From contig JBGQFO010000002.1 in the NCBI GenBank assembly GCA_041496945.1, positions 25,438 to 89,437 of the forward strand: a DNA stretch of 64,000 nucleotides, given 5' to 3'. Shown in pieces: positions 45,701-54,594 of the stretch. The notes under the pieces are model-generated. The model saw nothing but the letters and a program-made list of their open reading frames with translations. It was not told the origin of the DNA and ran no database searches. The stretch's first letter is position 1. Each line of letters opens with the position of its first letter. The DNA comes from Candidatus Limnocylindria bacterium. Lineage in GTDB: Bacteria > Chloroflexota > Limnocylindria > P2-11E. Made by a program: the position numbers and the translations under genes.

Positions 45701-47166
45701 TCGTCCACGAGCTGAAGACCGTCAATCCGCAGGCGCGCGTGTCGGTCAAGGTCCCGGTCGTCCCGGACATCGGCATCATCGCCGTCGGCATCGCGAAGTC
45801 GGGCGCGGACATCGTCACGCTGTCGGGGTACGACGGTGGCACCGGTGCGGCGCGCCAGCACGCCCTGCGCCGCGCGGGACTGCCCGCGGAGATCGGCGTG
45901 GCCGAGGCGCACCGCGCGCTCGTCGCCGCCGGCCTGCGGGACGAGGTCGAGATCTGGTGCGACGGCGGGATGAAGAGCGCGCTCGACGTGGTGAAGATGC
46001 TGTGCCTCGGCGCCGACCGCGTGGGCTTCGGGACGCTCGCGATGGTCGCGATCGGCTGCACCATCTGCCGCGGCTGCCAGCTCGACACCTGCCACGTCGG
46101 CATCGCCACGCAGATCGGCTCGGCGCTCGAGGCGACCGAGCGCGGCCTCAAGCGGTTCGAGCCACAGGAGCTCGAGCGCGCCGTGGCTCAGCTCTGTCAC
46201 TTCTTCAGCGAGCTGAAGCGCGAGCTCGGGCGCATCGCCGGTCACCTGGGTGTCGAGCGGACCGAGGAGCTCGTCGGCCGCACCGATCTCCTGGTGCAAA
46301 CACGAGGCCTTGAGCGTCTGGACCTTGAGCCCTTGCTCGAACGATCCGCGCCATTTCGTCACGGCGGCCGTGAGGTCCGCGTGCTTGCCGCGCCGCGCGC
46401 ACCCGAGGAGCACGCGCGCCTCGGGAGCGAGCATCGCTTCATCGCGACGTCGGGCGCAGGGCAGCTCGCGCGCCGGGCGATCGCCGGCGTGCCCGAGCTC
46501 GGGACGGCGCGCGTGTTCGCTTCTGGCTCGGTCGCCGGCAATGGCCTCGGCGCGTACTCGACCGACGGAGTCACGCTCGTGATCCATGGCGGTGCGCAGG
46601 ACGGGGCGGCGAAGACCGCGCTCGGAGGCTCGATCGCGGTGCTGAAGGCGAGGAACGCCTCGGGGGCGTGGGTCGACGGATCGGTGGGGAAGTGCTTCGC
46701 CTACGGAGCGCAGCGCGGGACCTTCCTCGTCCAGGGCGGCGCCGACGCGCGTGCCGGCATACGACTCTCCGGCGCGGACGTCGTGTTCGGCGGTGACCTG
46801 CGCGGATTCGCGTTCGAGTACATGACCGGCGGGCGCGCGGTCGTGCTCGGGGATCCGGGCCGCTGGATCTGCTCCGGCATGAGCGGCGGCGTCGTGTTCC
46901 TGCGGCACGCGCCGGAGCGCGGCCTCGACGAGCGCGGCCTGCGGGACCGCTTCGCCAAGGGCGCCAAGGTGAGCCTGCGCGTTCCCGAGGACGCCGACGT
47001 CGCCGTCCTCGGCGACCTGCTCCGCGCATACGCGAGCGCGCTGCGCGACAGCGGACAGGAGGACGCGACAGGCGAGGTCATGCGGCTTCTCGACGACGCG
47101 ACCGGCGCGTTCCGCGTCGTGCGTCCGGGCGCCGAGGTGGTGGAACAGACGATCTCCACCGAGTGA
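42709..47166 (+). CDS. gltB: Glutamate synthase large subunit (GOGAT; amidotransferase, FMN and GXGXG domains).
   Basis: N-terminal Ntn Cys in MDERDACGLVAI. FMN/Fe-S domain SSMSFGSQGE, KIGQGAKPGEGGHLP. C-terminal GXGXG domain. 1485 aa. No gltD follows in the window. Confidence 0.9.
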   Translation: MDERDACGLVAIARKDGRPDARVLAEVIAGMRALAHRSGCVDGEGDGAGVLVDIPRALWASRLEQGGRDPVNARQDRFAVAHLFVPGTVDEAEEAAVRRILARHRVTVLLERAGVTTREALGPRGRTEEPRFWQLALLAPGRAGVASRALYEAGVEIERLTAATVVSLSRHTAVYKLRGGAEQLLPYFDDLRDERFATSMAFGHDRYATNTSTSFDRVQPFPVFAHNGEIDTIGRLREEARALRLPLSRDGSDSQDVDAVIRGLVLRHRLSPLEAVELLFPPIVNEIRRMSPRLQDIYAQARAAFGPFAQGPAAFLARVGDTCVFGVDALGLRPLWHVETSDSHVFASERGFVPLVSYVCDPYPLGPGERVALRRDAAGWRFLDQTALRERFAGERDARGIVRDGHRERLDCGGPTSAPAALVRPGRMREPHPRWEIGSPPDELADVASRREQQFAALGFEPDDLRMAQHMAETAGEPIGSLGWDGPLAALSHGRTNLADHIHETVAVVTNPAIDREREIEHFSTRIVLGPRPNLRSRRSVDGRSADLDRWIELRLPILLGGHAPETAMTSDDERPLARRLGTWCIEDLAARSTIDAPRAPVVLEADRDWTEHPADALARLGAQACRGVRAGSALVVVQDRHVLAEGRAWIDPLLVVAAAHRALVAQAHRSGSLRRACALVVSAGSLRNLHDIMVALALGADAANPYLLTEYARSLDDPDALPNLVEALRKGIEKVLSTLGMHELRGYGRQLSAIGLAPDVARLVGIRTFFGAEGRGLGWERIAEQGLERAMLLRDRTPARLEPPFRVYPRIWKTALAVARDEVPYAAFAEKLAQLEHEHPVSLRHLLDLARPAEGEPERRATTRTGEHAAPMYISSMSFGSQGETAYRAYAEAMARMDLLCVNGEGGELPDLIGKYPHNRGQQIASGRFGVSALLANSSDYLEIKIGQGAKPGEGGHLPARKVSVKVALARNAQPGVDLISPSNNHDIYSIEDLAQVVHELKTVNPQARVSVKVPVVPDIGIIAVGIAKSGADIVTLSGYDGGTGAARQHALRRAGLPAEIGVAEAHRALVAAGLRDEVEIWCDGGMKSALDVVKMLCLGADRVGFGTLAMVAIGCTICRGCQLDTCHVGIATQIGSALEATERGLKRFEPQELERAVAQLCHFFSELKRELGRIAGHLGVERTEELVGRTDLLVQTRGLERLDLEPLLERSAPFRHGGREVRVLAAPRAPEEHARLGSEHRFIATSGAGQLARRAIAGVPELGTARVFASGSVAGNGLGAYSTDGVTLVIHGGAQDGAAKTALGGSIAVLKARNASGAWVDGSVGKCFAYGAQRGTFLVQGGADARAGIRLSGADVVFGGDLRGFAFEYMTGGRAVVLGDPGRWICSGMSGGVVFLRHAPERGLDERGLRDRFAKGAKVSLRVPEDADVAVLGDLLRAYASALRDSGQEDATGEVMRLLDDATGAFRVVRPGAEVVEQTISTE

Positions 47167-47204
47167 TCCCGTTCTCCACGCCGGGTTGGCTCTAGCCTGC
47201 GGGC

Positions 47205-48065
47205 GTGACCGGGCTCGCCCTCGCTCTCGTCCTCACGTCGGCGGTCATGCACGCGACCTGGAACCTCGTCGCGAAGCGCGAGCTCGCCGGTCAGCCGTTC
47301 CTGTTCCTCGCGTATGTCGTCGGCGCGCTCGCGTACACCCCGTTCGCCATCGCGATCCTCGTCCTGGGGCGGCCGCAGCTCGGGTGGATCGCGCTCGTCT
47401 TCGTCGCGATGGCGGTGGTGCTGCAGACGGTGTACTTCGCGACGCTCACCGCCGGGTACCGCGCCGGCGACCTCTCGCTGGTGTACCCGATCGCGCGCGC
47501 GACCGGCCCGCTGCTCGCGACGGTCGGCGCGATCGCGATCCTCGGCGAGCGTCCATCGCTCCTCGCGCTCGGCGGCGCGCTCGCGATCGTCGCGGGCGCG
47601 CTCGTGCTCACGGGCGACCCGCGCTCGCTGCGCGCGCGCGGTGCCGGCCTGGCCGTCGGCTACGCGCTCGCGACCGGCGTCGTCATCGCGCTCTACACGC
47701 TCTGGGACAAGACCGCGGTGTCGCTCGTGCTCATCCCGCCGCTGATATACGACTGGATGACGATCGCCGGCCAGGCGGTGGTCGTCGCCCCGCTGGCGTT
47801 CCGGCAGCGGGCGGCGGTGCGCGAGGTGTGGGCGCGGCAGCGCCGGTCGGTGATGTTCGTGGGGATCGTGAGCCGGCTCTCGTACCTCTGCATGCTCTTC
47901 GCGCTCGCCATCAGCCCGGTGTCGTACGTCGCCCCGGCGCGCGAGACCGGGATCCTGTTCGGCACGCTGCTCGGCGCGCGGGTGCTCGCCGAGGGGCAGG
48001 GCCCGCGTCGATTGATCGGTGCCAGCGGGATGGTGCTCGGGATCGTCGCGCTCGCGCTCGGCTAG
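47205..48065 (+). CDS. EamA/DMT superfamily transporter.
   Basis: 10 TM segments in two EamA-like halves. GTG start. 286 aa. Confidence 0.6.
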   Translation: MTGLALALVLTSAVMHATWNLVAKRELAGQPFLFLAYVVGALAYTPFAIAILVLGRPQLGWIALVFVAMAVVLQTVYFATLTAGYRAGDLSLVYPIARATGPLLATVGAIAILGERPSLLALGGALAIVAGALVLTGDPRSLRARGAGLAVGYALATGVVIALYTLWDKTAVSLVLIPPLIYDWMTIAGQAVVVAPLAFRQRAAVREVWARQRRSVMFVGIVSRLSYLCMLFALAISPVSYVAPARETGILFGTLLGARVLAEGQGPRRLIGASGMVLGIVALALG

Positions 48066-48159
48066 GCCTCGAGCGACGCCGATCACGTTTCGAGTTTCCG
48101 GGCTAGGTACGGAAATTTGTACCCCGCGACCTGGTGGAACGTCCGTACGATTCGAATTG

Positions 48160-48636
48160 ATGAAGCACTGCCCGCGCTGCGGCGAGGTGAAGTCGCACTC
48201 CGCATTCGCGAAGCACTCCAAACGCGCTGACGGTCTTCAGCCGTACTGCAGGGAGTGCCGCGCGGAGTATGACCACACGCGTTACGAACGCGCTCAGGGC
48301 AGGACCGTCTCGCGGCGCCCCCTGCGTTCGGAGCGCGGCCGCACCGCCTGGCTTCGCAGTCTGAAAGAAGGCAAACCTTGCGCGGACTGCGGCCGGGTGT
48401 TTCCTCACCAGGTCATGCAGTGGGATCACCGCCCGGGTTCTGAGAAGTTGGGCGACGTGAGCCAGGACTTCTGGGGCAGCTCGCGTGAGGAGATCCTCGT
48501 CGAGATCGCGAAGTGTGATCTCGTTTGCGCGAATTGCCATGCGATCCGCACCTTCACGAGGAGCAACTGGGGACTCCGATGGCTCAAGGAGGAATCCGCG
48601 CCCTACGAGGTGCTCGCGTTCGTCAGAGCCGCTTGA
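48160..48636 (+). CDS. HNH endonuclease family protein (phage-type, with an N-terminal Cys4 zinc ribbon), copy 1.
   Basis: N-terminal CPRCGEVKSHSAFAKHSKRADGLQPYCRECR, as in actinophage HNH proteins. C-terminal HNH motif CADCG...DH...LVCANCH. GC of about 62%. Confidence 0.6.
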   Translation: MKHCPRCGEVKSHSAFAKHSKRADGLQPYCRECRAEYDHTRYERAQGRTVSRRPLRSERGRTAWLRSLKEGKPCADCGRVFPHQVMQWDHRPGSEKLGDVSQDFWGSSREEILVEIAKCDLVCANCHAIRTFTRSNWGLRWLKEESAPYEVLAFVRAA

Positions 48637-48638
48637 GG

Positions 48639-49127
48639 ATGGTCGATGAACCCTCGAGCACCAACATCGATCCGTCCGCGAGCGCGACCTCGCAGGCGGA
48701 TGTGCTGCGCATATGTGCGAACTGCGGTCAGCGGAAGGCGCCGGAGGAATTCCACAATTCCCGCACCGGTCAGTTCTCTTACTGCCGCGAGTGTCGAAAC
48801 GCGTACGACCGCCGCTACTACGCCGAGCGAGGAAGACCTGCGCGATTGGCACGCCGGCGGGCGGCAATCGATGCGGCGCGCACATGGATGGCCAGTCTCA
48901 AGGCAGGTGTTCCGTGCACCGACTGCGGTGATGTCTTCCCGGTCTACGTGATGCACTGGGATCACCTGCCAGGCTTCGAAAAGGTAGGAGAGATCAGTGG
49001 CATGGTGGCGAGTCGGACTCGAGCTACGGTTCTCGAGGAGTTGAAGAAGTGCGAGCTCGTGTGCGCGAACTGCCACGTGATCCGCACGATCGATCCCAAG
49101 CGTCGATCAAGCACCAAGCAGCGTTAA
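48639..49127 (+). CDS. HNH endonuclease family protein, tandem paralog (copy 2).
   Basis: CANCGQRKAPEEFHNSRTGQFSYCRECR ... CTDCG ... MHWDHLPG ... LVCANCHVIR, the same architecture as copy 1. Its ATG start is 3 nt after the copy 1 stop. Confidence 0.6.
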   Translation: MVDEPSSTNIDPSASATSQADVLRICANCGQRKAPEEFHNSRTGQFSYCRECRNAYDRRYYAERGRPARLARRRAAIDAARTWMASLKAGVPCTDCGDVFPVYVMHWDHLPGFEKVGEISGMVASRTRATVLEELKKCELVCANCHVIRTIDPKRRSSTKQR

Positions 49128-49135
49128 CGATTCTG

Positions 49136-49209
49136 TCGGGGTGCCGGGACTCGAACCCGGGACCTCGTCCGCCCAAGGGACGCGCGCTACCAGGCTGCGC
49201 TACACCCCG
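49136..49209 (-). tRNA. tRNA-Pro (anticodon UGG).
   Basis: Cloverleaf read on the minus strand. Acceptor CGGGGTG/CACCCCG with the C1-G72 pair typical of tRNA-Pro. D arm GCGC-AGCCTGGTA-GCGC. Anticodon stem CGTCC/GGACG with loop CTTGGGC (anticodon TGG). T arm CCGGG-TTCGAGT-CCCGG. Discriminator A. No encoded CCA. Confidence 0.85.
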
Positions 49210-49292
49210 TCTCCGGCAATTCTCGCACGCGCGCCTGTTCACCCGTAACCTAGTTACTCGCCACCCCGCGAACAGAGCTTCGGAGGGTCTGC

Positions 49293-51593
49293 TTGTTCAC
49301 GGCCTGGGGTCACTTCGTCTACCGCGCCCGTTGGGGCGTGCTCCTGGTCTCGGTGCTGCTCCTCCTCGTCTCGGGCTTCATCGCCTCACAGGGCGGCCAG
49401 CTCGAGAGCGGCGGGTTCATCGAGACCGCCGAATCCGGCCGCGGTACGAAGCTCATCGACACGGAGCTTCCCGGTGGCGTGAACTTCACCGTGATCTTCA
49501 CGAGCCAGAGCCTGAGCTCGGCCGATCCGAGGTTCCGCGCCGCCGTCGATGCCGCGATCGCTCCACTCCGATCCGATCCTCGCGTGACGACCATCGTCAC
49601 CCCCTACGACGCGACGACGGGCGATCCGACCGCGCTCGTTTCGCGGAACGGTCACGACGTCGCCGTGAACGTCGGCCTGCGCGACGAGCTGAGGGTCGCA
49701 CGCGACTACTACCCGGAGCTCCGCCGCAAGCTCTCCTCCGACACGCTCGGCATCCAGGTCACCGGCGTGCCCGCGATCAACAACGGATTCAACGTGATCC
49801 TTCAGGAGGACCTGCGCCGCGCGGAGACGGTGTCGTTGCCGCTGGCGCTCATCCTGCTGCTCATCGTCTTCGGGACGGTCGTGGCCGCGCTCATCCCGCT
49901 CGGGGTTGGCATCCTCGCGGTCCTCGGCGGCGTGGCGGGGATGTTCCTCCTCACGCGCGTCGAGACCGTCTCGGTGTACGCCGAGAACATCGTGACGCTT
50001 ATCGGGCTCGGTGTCGCCATCGACTACTCGCTCTTCGTGGCGAATCGCTTCCGCGAGGAGCTCCATCGTGGCCATACCGTCGACGACGCCGTCGCGATCG
50101 CGATCGCGACATCCGGGCGCGCGGTGACGTTCTCCGGACTCACGGTCGCGATCGGTCTCTCCGGGATGCTCTTCTACGAAGGCACCTATCTCTCGTCGAT
50201 GGGCGTCGCCGGCGCGATCGTCGTCGCGAGCGCGGTGTTCTATGGGCTCACCTTCCTGCCCGCGCTCCTGGCCGTCATCGGCCGGCGGATCGATATCGGG
50301 CGCATCCCGGTCCTCGGCGGTGATCCCACCGGGCGCGGCGCGTGGCACGCGATCGCGATGGCCGTCATGGCCCGGCCGATCCTCGTCCTCGTCCCCGTCG
50401 TCGCGGTCATCCTCCTCACGGGCTCGCCGTTCCTGCATCTGCGGCTATCCATCGGCGACGTCGACATGCTCCCGAAGCACGAGGAGTCGCGGGCGGCGTA
50501 CGACAAGCTGACCGCGGACTTCCCCGGTGCCGGACAGAATCACATCGAGGCGGTCGTGAACTACACCGCCGCGACCCCGCTGTCGGGCGACCATATCTCG
50601 CAGCTCGTCGACTTCCAGAAGAGGCTCGCGGCTCTCCCGAACGTCCAGAAGGTGCAGTCGCCCTTCTCGCTGGATCCGCGGCTCGGTGCGGTCGAATACG
50701 CGGCGCTCTACACCCTGCCGCCGGCGCAGCTGCCGCCGTCGCTCCAGGCCCTCGTGGCGGCCATCGGCCCCGAGCGGTTGCAGGGGATCCGCAAGCAGAC
50801 CGTCGGCGAGCACATCGTGCTGTTCGACGTGGTCACGAACCAGAAATTCGGGAGCGACGAGGCGCACGACACCGTCCGCGCGATCCGCGCGCTCGCCGCT
50901 CCTTCGGGATCGGAGCTGCTCGTCACCGGATTCAGCGCGATCGATCTCGACACCACGAACTTCATCGTTCAGCGGACACCGATCGCGATCGTCTACGTCA
51001 TGATCGCGACGATCGTCGTGCTCTTCCTTCTCCTTGGATCGGTCGTGCTGCCGCTGAAGGCGGTCGTGATGAACCTCCTCTCCATCAGCGCATCGTTCGG
51101 CGCTCTCGTGTTCGTCTTCCAGGAGGGCCATTTTTCCGAGCAGCTCGGCTTCGTGGCCAACGGATCGATCGATCCAACGCTGCCGGTGATCATGTTCTGC
51201 ACCGTGTTCGGGCTCTCGATGGACTACGAGGTCCTGCTTCTCTCTCGTGTCCAGGAGGAGTACCGCCGGCTCGGCGACAACACCGCCGCCGTCGCGGAGG
51301 GGCTGCAGCGAAGTGGTCGCCTCATCACCGGCGCCGCGGCCATCATGGTCGGCGTCTTCGCGGCGTTCGGCCTCGCCGAGATACTCATCATCAAGGCCAT
51401 CGGTCTGGGCATGGCGCTCGCGGTGGCGATCGACGCGACGCTCGTGCGCACCCTGGTGGTGCCCGCGACGATGCGTCTCCTTGGTCGTTGGAACTGGTGG
51501 GCGCCGGCGCCCCTCGCCCGTCTGTATCGGCGTCTGGGACTGGGTGAAGGATCTACCACTGCGCCGACCGGAGCGGTCGCCGAGACGCCCTAG
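49293..51593 (+). CDS. MMPL family (RND superfamily) membrane transporter.
   Basis: 766 aa with two 6-TM bundles and two periplasmic/extracytoplasmic domains. TTG start 5 nt after a GGAGGG Shine-Dalgarno. Confidence 0.8.
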   Translation: MFTAWGHFVYRARWGVLLVSVLLLLVSGFIASQGGQLESGGFIETAESGRGTKLIDTELPGGVNFTVIFTSQSLSSADPRFRAAVDAAIAPLRSDPRVTTIVTPYDATTGDPTALVSRNGHDVAVNVGLRDELRVARDYYPELRRKLSSDTLGIQVTGVPAINNGFNVILQEDLRRAETVSLPLALILLLIVFGTVVAALIPLGVGILAVLGGVAGMFLLTRVETVSVYAENIVTLIGLGVAIDYSLFVANRFREELHRGHTVDDAVAIAIATSGRAVTFSGLTVAIGLSGMLFYEGTYLSSMGVAGAIVVASAVFYGLTFLPALLAVIGRRIDIGRIPVLGGDPTGRGAWHAIAMAVMARPILVLVPVVAVILLTGSPFLHLRLSIGDVDMLPKHEESRAAYDKLTADFPGAGQNHIEAVVNYTAATPLSGDHISQLVDFQKRLAALPNVQKVQSPFSLDPRLGAVEYAALYTLPPAQLPPSLQALVAAIGPERLQGIRKQTVGEHIVLFDVVTNQKFGSDEAHDTVRAIRALAAPSGSELLVTGFSAIDLDTTNFIVQRTPIAIVYVMIATIVVLFLLLGSVVLPLKAVVMNLLSISASFGALVFVFQEGHFSEQLGFVANGSIDPTLPVIMFCTVFGLSMDYEVLLLSRVQEEYRRLGDNTAAVAEGLQRSGRLITGAAAIMVGVFAAFGLAEILIIKAIGLGMALAVAIDATLVRTLVVPATMRLLGRWNWWAPAPLARLYRRLGLGEGSTTAPTGAVAETP

Positions 51594-51605
51594 GATGCTC
51601 GCGCG

Positions 51606-52544
51606 ATGAGCACGCCGATCGATCCGTCCTCGGAGACACGCGCCGAAGCAGCGCAGCTCAGGCCCCTCGGCGTCGGCGACATCATCGATCGCGTCCTTCG
51701 CATGTACCGCCAGCGTCCGATGCTGTTCATCACCCTGTCAGCGATCCCGAGCCTGTCGGCCGTCCTGCTCTCGCAGGCCGCACGACTGCTCCTTCCGGAC
51801 GCCTTCAGCAACTTCGACGAGTTCTCGTTCATCAACGATCCCCAGCAGGTGCTGAACTCCCTTCAGGACCAAGCCGGGCGCGCTCGCCCGGGCGACACCA
51901 TCGTCGGACTCATCAGCTTGATCCCGCAGGCGATCGGCATCGCGGCACTCACGTACGCGGCCGCGAACATGTACGTCGGGCGCCCCGTCACGGTCGGCGC
52001 GGCGCTTCGCTCAGCGGTCGCCGACACGCCGCGACTCATCTTCACGATCATCGTCCTCTTCATCGTGGTGGTGCTGCTCTGGGTCATCGCGATCTTCGTG
52101 AGCGTCATCCCGAGCGCGGTCACCGGCATCGGCATCCTCGCGGTCCTCGCGTTCGCCTCGATCGTCGTCCTCCCGTTCTTTCTGCTCGCTTCGTTCGCGC
52201 TGGTGCCGACGATCTCGGCGCTGGAGGATGCCGGTCCCATCGCGTCGATGCGTAGGTCGCTCCGCCTCGTCGCCGGCAGCCGCTGGCGCCTTCTCGCCGT
52301 GCTCGTCCTCCTCTTCATCCTCGAGATCGTCCTGAGCGTGCTTCTCGGCGCCGTCTTCCTGGCGGCGTTCGTCAGTCAGAGCACCGCTGGCCGGATCGCG
52401 GCTGTGCTCGTGGAAGCGGCAAGCACCATCCTGTGGGAGCCGCTGCCCTGGTCGGCGCTCGCGCTCTTCTACTACGACCTGCGCGTCCGGCACGAGGCGT
52501 TCGACCTGCAGCTTGCCGCCGAGGCGTTGCCGCGCCAACCCTAG
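51606..52544 (+). CDS. Hypothetical polytopic membrane protein, the first gene of the MoxR-associated cluster.
   Basis: N-terminal cytoplasmic segment of about 40 aa, then about 6 TM segments. ATG start. The downstream gene overlaps its 3' end. Confidence 0.5.
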   Translation: MSTPIDPSSETRAEAAQLRPLGVGDIIDRVLRMYRQRPMLFITLSAIPSLSAVLLSQAARLLLPDAFSNFDEFSFINDPQQVLNSLQDQAGRARPGDTIVGLISLIPQAIGIAALTYAAANMYVGRPVTVGAALRSAVADTPRLIFTIIVLFIVVVLLWVIAIFVSVIPSAVTGIGILAVLAFASIVVLPFFLLASFALVPTISALEDAGPIASMRRSLRLVAGSRWRLLAVLVLLFILEIVLSVLLGAVFLAAFVSQSTAGRIAAVLVEAASTILWEPLPWSALALFYYDLRVRHEAFDLQLAAEALPRQP

Positions 52545-53458
52545 CCCGCGCCCTCGTTCTCACGATCGCGCTCGCCACGCTCGCGCCGAGCCACGCGCTC
52601 GCGGACACGCTCACGGTCGCGCAGTACCAGCAACGGCTCGAGCAGGCGCACGACGCGTTCGTGCGCGCGCGCGGCGCCCCGCTCGCGTCCCGAGGCGCCC
52701 CGCTGAGCGACGCGCAGGTCCTCCTGCGCCGCACCGATGCCCTCACCCTCGCATCCGGCGGCACGCTCCCGGTCGACGACACGTCTCTCGCCGACGGGGT
52801 CGACACGAGTGACGCCGCGCTCGATGCGGCGATCGCGCGCATCAACGCGCGCATCACGCTCGTGGCGCGGATCGGCAGACCGACGATCGACCCAGCGGTC
52901 GCCGATGCCCGTCTCCGGCAGGTCATCGCGGCAAGCGGCGCGTCCGGTGGGAGCACGGACCTGCTCGGCGCGCTCGGGCGCCTGGTCCTGAGGCTCCTCG
53001 CGGGTCTGGTCGGGCCATCGCTCGACCTGGCGCAGATCTGGCCGCTCGTCGGGATGCTCGGCCTCGCCGTGATCCTCTTCATCCTCGCGACCCTCGGCCG
53101 CGCCCTTCCCGAGCGCGTCCGCAAAGAGGTGCTGGTGCGCGGAGGCGCCGGAGAGGAGCACGCGGATCCCGCGGCACATCTGCGGGTCGCCGATGCCGCG
53201 CTGTCCGCCGCGCATCCGCGGGAGGCCATCCACGCCCTCTTCCTGTACGTGATCGCGGCGCTCTCGACGCGCGAGGCGATCCGCTACGACCCGGCGCTCA
53301 CCGACCGCGAGCTGCTCGTTCGGGCCGCGGCCATCCCGCACGCCGACGCCCTCCGCGACCTCGTGGGCATCTACGAGCGCTCATGGTTCGGGCTGCGCGA
53401 TCCGTCGACGGATGAGGCGCGCCGTGCCCGGGACCTCGCGCTGCGGGTCGCGCCATGA
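52433..53458 (+). CDS. DUF4129 domain-containing membrane protein.
   Basis: C-terminal HALFLYVIAALSTREAIRYDPALTDRELLVRAAAIPHADALRDLVGIYERSWFG matches the DUF4129 region. Signal/TM-like N-terminus. The only canonical in-frame start (GTG 52433) overlaps the upstream gene by 112 nt, so the true start is uncertain. Confidence 0.55.
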   Translation: MGAAALVGARALLLRPARPARGVRPAACRRGVAAPTLARALVLTIALATLAPSHALADTLTVAQYQQRLEQAHDAFVRARGAPLASRGAPLSDAQVLLRRTDALTLASGGTLPVDDTSLADGVDTSDAALDAAIARINARITLVARIGRPTIDPAVADARLRQVIAASGASGGSTDLLGALGRLVLRLLAGLVGPSLDLAQIWPLVGMLGLAVILFILATLGRALPERVRKEVLVRGGAGEEHADPAAHLRVADAALSAAHPREAIHALFLYVIAALSTREAIRYDPALTDRELLVRAAAIPHADALRDLVGIYERSWFGLRDPSTDEARRARDLALRVAP

Positions 53459-54594
53459 GGCGGCGCGTCGATCCCCTGTACCTCGCGTCGGCGGCGCTCG
53501 CGATCGTCGCGATCATCGTCCTCATCGCCACGAGCACCGGCCCGGCCGCGAGCACGTCGCGCAGCGGCTCGGTCTACGACGACGGACCGGGTGGCGCGGC
53601 GGCGCTCCGCCGGTATCTCGAAGCGATGGGCGCGTCGACGACGACGATCCAGGGCGACGCGTTCGCGTTCAGCTCGTCCGCCGTGAGCGTGGTGCTCATC
53701 CTCGGAGCAGCCGAGTCGGTGACCGCCGACGACGTGACAAAGCTGCGCAACCACGTGCGCGGCGGCGGGACCGTCGTGCTCGCGACGGAGCTCGGCATCC
53801 TCGAACACGCCGCCCTCGATGCGTTCGGCATCCGCGTCACGGGGATCGCGGCCCCCGGCGCGCACCCGCTCGCGAACGCGGCGTTCGCCGACCCGCCCGC
53901 GCGCAGCCTGGTCATCGACCGCGGCGTCGCGCTCGGCGTCGGCCCGCAGGCGGACGTGCTCGGCACCGACGGCCGTGCGCCCCTGGTGGCCGCGGTCCGC
54001 GAGGGGAGCGGGCTGTTCATCGTCGTGGGCAGCCTCTGGCCGTTCCTCGGCGGCGGCCTGGGCGAGGCCGACAACGCGCGGGTCGTCCTCGCACTGGTGA
54101 GGCCCGCGCTCTTCAGTACGACGGGCGGCGTCGTCGCCTTCGACGAGTACCACCACGGTCTGCACCCCTCGAGCGACGCCCTGGTCCTCGTCCAGCGCAC
54201 CTGGCCGGGACGCGCGCTCGTCTTCGCGGCGGTGCTCACGTTCCTCTACCTGGCGCTCAGCGGCCGGCGGATCGGACCGCCGGTGCCGCTCGAGGTCCGT
54301 CCGGCGCGCTCGAGCCTCGAATACGTCCGCGGGTTCGCCGGGCTGGTACGGCGCTCCGGCCGCGGCGAGATCGCGCGGCGCCGTCTGCGTGCCGATCTCC
54401 ACGGCGGGCTCGCCCGCGGCGTGGGCCTCGACCCGGCGACCCCCTTCGACCGCGTGCTCGTGACCGTCGGCGCGCAGGACCGCGCGCGCGCGGCGCAGGC
54501 GCGTGCCGTGGACGAGGCGCTGGCGCGGCCCTTGCGCGATGCCGAGCTGCTCCGTACCGTCGCGCAGATCGAGCAGCTGTTGGCGGTCTCGTGA
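53455..54594 (+). CDS. DUF4350 domain-containing protein.
   Basis: N-terminal TM segment, then SVYDDGPGGAAALRRYLEAMG and a flavodoxin-like DUF4350 core. ATGA overlap. Confidence 0.6.
   Translation: MRRRVDPLYLASAALAIVAIIVLIATSTGPAASTSRSGSVYDDGPGGAAALRRYLEAMGASTTTIQGDAFAFSSSAVSVVLILGAAESVTADDVTKLRNHVRGGGTVVLATELGILEHAALDAFGIRVTGIAAPGAHPLANAAFADPPARSLVIDRGVALGVGPQADVLGTDGRAPLVAAVREGSGLFIVVGSLWPFLGGGLGEADNARVVLALVRPALFSTTGGVVAFDEYHHGLHPSSDALVLVQRTWPGRALVFAAVLTFLYLALSGRRIGPPVPLEVRPARSSLEYVRGFAGLVRRSGRGEIARRRLRADLHGGLARGVGLDPATPFDRVLVTVGAQDRARAAQARAVDEALARPLRDAELLRTVAQIEQLLAVS

Noticed and set aside
48085-48110. The sequence ttcgagtttccggg upstream of the HNH genes, resembling the tRNA-Pro T-arm (ttcgagtcccgg) as a possible att direct repeat.
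   Set aside because: It is in the opposite orientation relative to the tRNA, is interrupted, and is only about 12 nt long. This is most likely coincidence and not a bona fide attachment-site repeat.
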